From contig MEMF01000002.1 of the NCBI GenBank assembly GCA_001767855.1, positions 37,095 through 101,094 on the forward strand: DNA of 64,000 nt. Reading direction: 5' to 3'. The position numbers and the translations under genes were made by a program. The stretch is from Alphaproteobacteria bacterium RIFCSPHIGHO2_01_FULL_41_14. GTDB taxonomy: Bacteria > Pseudomonadota > Alphaproteobacteria > UBA7879 > UBA5542. The notes below the pieces were generated by a model, which had not been told where the DNA came from, did not search any database, and saw only the letters and a list, made by a program, of their open reading frames with translations. Positions 60,254-64,000 of the stretch are shown here, in pieces. The stretch's first letter is position 1; each line of letters begins with the position of its first letter.

Positions 60254-61561
60254 ATGTATTTTCATCAAGAGATTAAAGGTTGTCTCAGTAAAACCATACA
60301 TACTGAAGGGTTATCTGAAAATTTTTTGAAAGAGTATCTTCCGACTTTAAAAAAAACTCTTCAAAAATTAAAGAAGGCTCATGAAGAAGAAACACTCCCC
60401 CTCCTTAGATTGCCCTATTTAAGAACTGACATTGCGGCGCTTCGGGATCTTGTCTTAGAAATCCAAGATGATTTTACCGATACCGTTATTTTGGGTACAG
60501 GTGGATCGAGTTTGGGGGGGCAGGCTTTTTATGCTCTTGCCCATCGAGAAACATCGCATCGCCTCCATTTCATGGATAACATTGATCCACACACCTTTCA
60601 GTCCCTTTTCAAACAGCTTAGCTTTAAAAGCACCTTGTTTGTTGTGATTTCAAAATCTGGGAATACTGCTGAAACTCTTGTTCAGTTTATGACGTGTCTT
60701 CAAAAAGTACAAAAAGAGGTGGGCACGGATTCTGTGAGGGATCATTTCATCATCATCACGGAACCAAAACCATCTCCCCTCAGACAGCTTGCAGACTTTT
60801 ACCATATTTCTCTTTTAGACCATGATCCTAAGATAGGGGGTCGTTTTTCTGCCCTGTCTATTGTTGGTCTGTTTCCTGCCATGATTGCGGGCGTTGATCC
60901 GGTCCTTATTAGGGAAGGGGCTGCCCGAGTATTTGATCGTCTTTTGTCTTTAGATGATCCTTCTAACTTTGGCCCGGCAGTAGGGGCTGCCCTCTCTCAT
61001 GCTTTAGAAGTCAAAAAAGGAAAAACCATTTCTGTCCTGACTCCTTATGTGGATGATCTTCATTATTTTAGCCTATGGTATCGTCAACTGTGGGCAGAAA
61101 GTCTAGGGAAGAAAGGCCATGGAACAACACCCGTGAGTGGGCTAGGCACCGTCGACCAACACAGTCAATTACAGCTCTACTTAGACGGCCCCTCCGATAA
61201 ATTCCATACAATCATTGTTTCTTCTATGGAGAATAAAGGGGAGTCCATTTCAGAAAACTTTTCTAAAATATCTGCTGATCTTAAATGTTTTTCATTCTCT
61301 ACCATGGGAGATTTAATGGAAGCTGAGCAACGCGCCACCATCGATACCCTTATTAAAAATCAGCGTCCTACCCGTGTTTTAGAAATTCCCATTCTTTCTC
61401 CTGATTTTATGGGAACCTTAATGATGCACTTTATTCTAGAAACTATTTTTATGGCCGATCTGTATGGAGTCGACCCCTTTGATCAACCTGCCGTTGAAGA
61501 AGGAAAAGTGCTCGCCAAAAAATACTTGGAAAAAACCATAAAAGAACGGTTGCATCCCTAA
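60254..61561 (+). CDS. pgi: Glucose-6-phosphate isomerase (short bacterial form)
   Basis: 435 aa with the SIS-domain motifs VILGTGGSSLGG and VVISKSGNTAETL characteristic of PGI. Confidence 0.75.
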   Translation: MYFHQEIKGCLSKTIHTEGLSENFLKEYLPTLKKTLQKLKKAHEEETLPLLRLPYLRTDIAALRDLVLEIQDDFTDTVILGTGGSSLGGQAFYALAHRETSHRLHFMDNIDPHTFQSLFKQLSFKSTLFVVISKSGNTAETLVQFMTCLQKVQKEVGTDSVRDHFIIITEPKPSPLRQLADFYHISLLDHDPKIGGRFSALSIVGLFPAMIAGVDPVLIREGAARVFDRLLSLDDPSNFGPAVGAALSHALEVKKGKTISVLTPYVDDLHYFSLWYRQLWAESLGKKGHGTTPVSGLGTVDQHSQLQLYLDGPSDKFHTIIVSSMENKGESISENFSKISADLKCFSFSTMGDLMEAEQRATIDTLIKNQRPTRVLEIPILSPDFMGTLMMHFILETIFMADLYGVDPFDQPAVEEGKVLAKKYLEKTIKERLHP

Positions 61562-63366
61562 TGGCCACAACGATCCAACGCCTCTCTTCTAACCTCATTA
61601 ATCAAATTGCTGCCGGTGAAGTTATTGAACGTCCAGCGTCCGTGGTGAAAGAGCTGACAGAAAATGCCATTGACGCAGGCGCCACTCAGATTGATGTGGT
61701 TCTTCGTGATGGCGGAAAAAGCTATATATCTGTCACAGACAATGGGTCTGGGATGGGTCTTGAAGATTTGCGCCTTTCCATCGAACGTCATGCCACCTCC
61801 AAACTGCTTCATCAAGACCTTTTTAATATTGCAACGCTTGGATTCCGCGGCGAAGCCCTTCCTTCCATCGGGGCCATTAGCCGGTTGACTCTCACCAGCA
61901 TGACTGCGGAGACAAATCAAGGATGGTCTCTATCCGTGGAAGGAGGCACAATCCAAGAGTGCACCCCAGTGGCTGCCCATCTGGGTACTAAGATCGAAGT
62001 CCGTGATTTGTTCTTTGCGGTCCCTGCACGCCTTAAGTTTTTAAAAACAACGCCTGTTGAAACTCAGCATATAGAAGATCGTCTTCAGCGATTGGCTCTG
62101 GCTTATCCAGACCGATCCTTTTCTCTGATGGCTGACCAAAAACTTATTTTTTCATACGCGGCTCAGCAAAAATCTCAAGAAGGATTGCTAGCACGCATCA
62201 GCCAAGTGATGGGACATAAATTTGAAAATGATGCCCTTGCTGTAGACGCTCATCGTGATCACTATCTTTTATCTGGATTTATCGGCCTCCCCACTCTGAA
62301 CCGCACCAATACCCAATTTCAGTTTTTATTTGTGAACGGACGCCCCGTAAAAGACAAACTCTTTTCCGTCTCTATCCGGGCCGCCTATCAAGATTTTTTA
62401 GCTCATGATCGCCACCCTCTCTTATGTCTTTACCTCACCGTCCCTTCTCGTTCTGTTGATGTGAATGTGCATCCTGCCAAAACAGAAGTACGCTTTGAAG
62501 ATACCCAATTTGTCCGCAGCTTTCTTATCAGCACGTTAAAACAAGCCTTATCAGGAATGCAGCATCGATCCGCCACAAGTGTGGCCGACGACGCACTTAG
62601 TTCTTTTCGACCCAAAGAAGTTTTTCAACAACCTTTGTTAGGATCCTCATCTCCTTCTTCCTATGGCCCGTCTTTTTTTCAGCCCATGAAAAAACAGACT
62701 ATGGCCTTTACATCGTATCAGCCTGTTTCCAGTAGCATTATGGAATCTGTTGCTGTCATGGATGCTCCCTCCGTTGATCCAACCCACTTTCCCTTAGGCG
62801 CTGCCTGTGCCCAGTTGCATGAAAATTATATTGTGGCCCAAACCCAAGATGGATTGGTGATTGTCGATCAGCATGCGGCCCATGAACGCATCGTGTATGA
62901 AAAATTAAAGCAGGACATGAGTCAGAATCAAGTAAAGCGCCAAATCCTACTCATCCCAGAAGTGGTAGAACTGACTAAGAAAGAATATGAGGCACTCATA
63001 AAAAACCAAGAAGATCTCGTTCAATTTGGGATTGTTCTTGAATCTTTCGGTACTAACTCTGTTCTCATCCGCGAGGTTCCCACTCTTTTGGGACAGACGG
63101 ACATACGACCCCTGATCAAGGATTTATCGGAAGATCTCGCTTCAGAAGGAGAGGGCATGACAGTACAAAAAAAATTTCATGAGATTTGTTCTTCCCTTGC
63201 GTGCCACGGCAGCGTCCGTTCTGGCCGCCAATTGTCTTTGTCAGAAATGAACGACTTGCTGCGCCAGATGGAACAAACGCCCTATTCTGGCCAATGCAAC
63301 CATGGCCGACCCACCCAAATTGAACTCAAGCTCAAAGATATTGAAAAACTTTTTGGTCGGCGCTAA
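61561..63366 (+). CDS. mutL: DNA mismatch repair protein MutL
   Basis: 601 aa. The GHKL ATPase N-terminus LINQIAAGEVIERPASVVKELTENAIDAGAT, GFRGEAL, and a C-terminal dimerisation domain. It overlaps the pgi stop by 1 nt. Confidence 0.9.
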   Translation: MATTIQRLSSNLINQIAAGEVIERPASVVKELTENAIDAGATQIDVVLRDGGKSYISVTDNGSGMGLEDLRLSIERHATSKLLHQDLFNIATLGFRGEALPSIGAISRLTLTSMTAETNQGWSLSVEGGTIQECTPVAAHLGTKIEVRDLFFAVPARLKFLKTTPVETQHIEDRLQRLALAYPDRSFSLMADQKLIFSYAAQQKSQEGLLARISQVMGHKFENDALAVDAHRDHYLLSGFIGLPTLNRTNTQFQFLFVNGRPVKDKLFSVSIRAAYQDFLAHDRHPLLCLYLTVPSRSVDVNVHPAKTEVRFEDTQFVRSFLISTLKQALSGMQHRSATSVADDALSSFRPKEVFQQPLLGSSSPSSYGPSFFQPMKKQTMAFTSYQPVSSSIMESVAVMDAPSVDPTHFPLGAACAQLHENYIVAQTQDGLVIVDQHAAHERIVYEKLKQDMSQNQVKRQILLIPEVVELTKKEYEALIKNQEDLVQFGIVLESFGTNSVLIREVPTLLGQTDIRPLIKDLSEDLASEGEGMTVQKKFHEICSSLACHGSVRSGRQLSLSEMNDLLRQMEQTPYSGQCNHGRPTQIELKLKDIEKLFGRR

Positions 63367-63613
63367 CGACTCTGTACACTCTATCTCTATTTGATAGGGG
63401 ACCCTCTGAGTTAGAGCGCTCTTCTCGTGTAAAGAGGAGATGGGTTGTTGTCGGGAGCAGAAGTAAGGGAGGTGGACAACAGAGTGGCGAGTGCCATAAG
63501 AGTGATGGCAAGAGGCTTTGTGCAAATGTTTTTAAAGAAATGAATACGGCGTATCAGATTTTGACTCAAAATTCAATGAGATGTGACAAAAATATAACTC
63601 ATATAATTCAGCT

Positions 63614-64000
63614 TCAAGCCACGGGCACCGCGTCTGCGAGAGCATCCAAACGCGTCAGAACAAAGTAAGTTCTCTGTGCCGCTTGAAAAGGTTCAGTAAA
63701 TAGCCATTCGTAACTTGGATTCCCTTTTTCTATAGACATCCAAACGGAGTGATCTTCCCCTGGCTTGTATATTGTCACGTGATCTTTTATTGCTACTCCG
63801 TCTCCATCACCGAAGGACAGAAGAGGGGGATGGTCCTTCATTAAGCCCAAGAATTCCTCCGAATCTCCTTTTTCAGAAAGAGGAGAAAGATAAGGGTTTC
63901 GAAACATTTTAAAATCAAACTCGTCTTTCTCTGAGTTGAGATCTTTCTTCCTGAACTCATCAAAAGAAATAGAAATGCCTTCCAACATATGTTTTCGCAT
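63614..64000 (-). CDS. Hypothetical protein (start codon at the window edge; may extend upstream beyond the window)
   Basis: At least 128 aa with an ATG exactly at the last three bases of the window. No family recognised. It lies convergent with mutL. Confidence 0.3.
   Translation of the reverse strand: MRKHMLEGISISFDEFRKKDLNSEKDEFDFKMFRNPYLSPLSEKGDSEEFLGLMKDHPPLLSFGDGDGVAIKDHVTIYKPGEDHSVWMSIEKGNPSYEWLFTEPFQAAQRTYFVLTRLDALADAVPVA

Overview
This window reads as a continuous chromosomal stretch from a moderately AT-rich alphaproteobacterium, probably an intracellular or endosymbiont-like lineage; this is inferred from gene content and synteny (rph-rdgB-hemW, prfA-prmC, ileS-lspA, hrcA/CIRCE/groESL, BioY, reduced regulators). 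It is densely coding and I recognise no transposases, CRISPR arrays or rRNA genes. Most genes are housekeeping: rph, rdgB, hemW, accA, apbC, htrA, fabI, clpB, prfA, prmC, hisS, ssb, gyrA, ileS, lspA, pfkA, potABC, rsmI, yraN, comM/yifB, groESL, trkH, apaG, dacB, pgi, mutL. There is one tRNA-Gln(CUG) gene and a clear CIRCE operator in front of groES. The main finding is a compact four-gene type VI secretion module, tssK-tssL-tssM-tssA (51217..58558), with no sheath, tube, spike or ClpV genes anywhere in the window; it sits between a cobalamin adenosyltransferase gene and a potD gene that is separated from potABC. Secondary observations are a tandem pair of paralogous secreted Cys-containing proteins (20.5-21.7 kb), a secreted protein with a perfect 2x21 bp in-frame repeat next to the tRNA, a frameshifted metallophosphoesterase, an M15 peptidase gene between prfA and prmC, and scattered surface-polysaccharide genes (waaL-like ligase, wzm/wzt, asnB-like) carrying homopolymer tracts. 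All calls are based on reading the translations and DNA by eye. No database searches were run.
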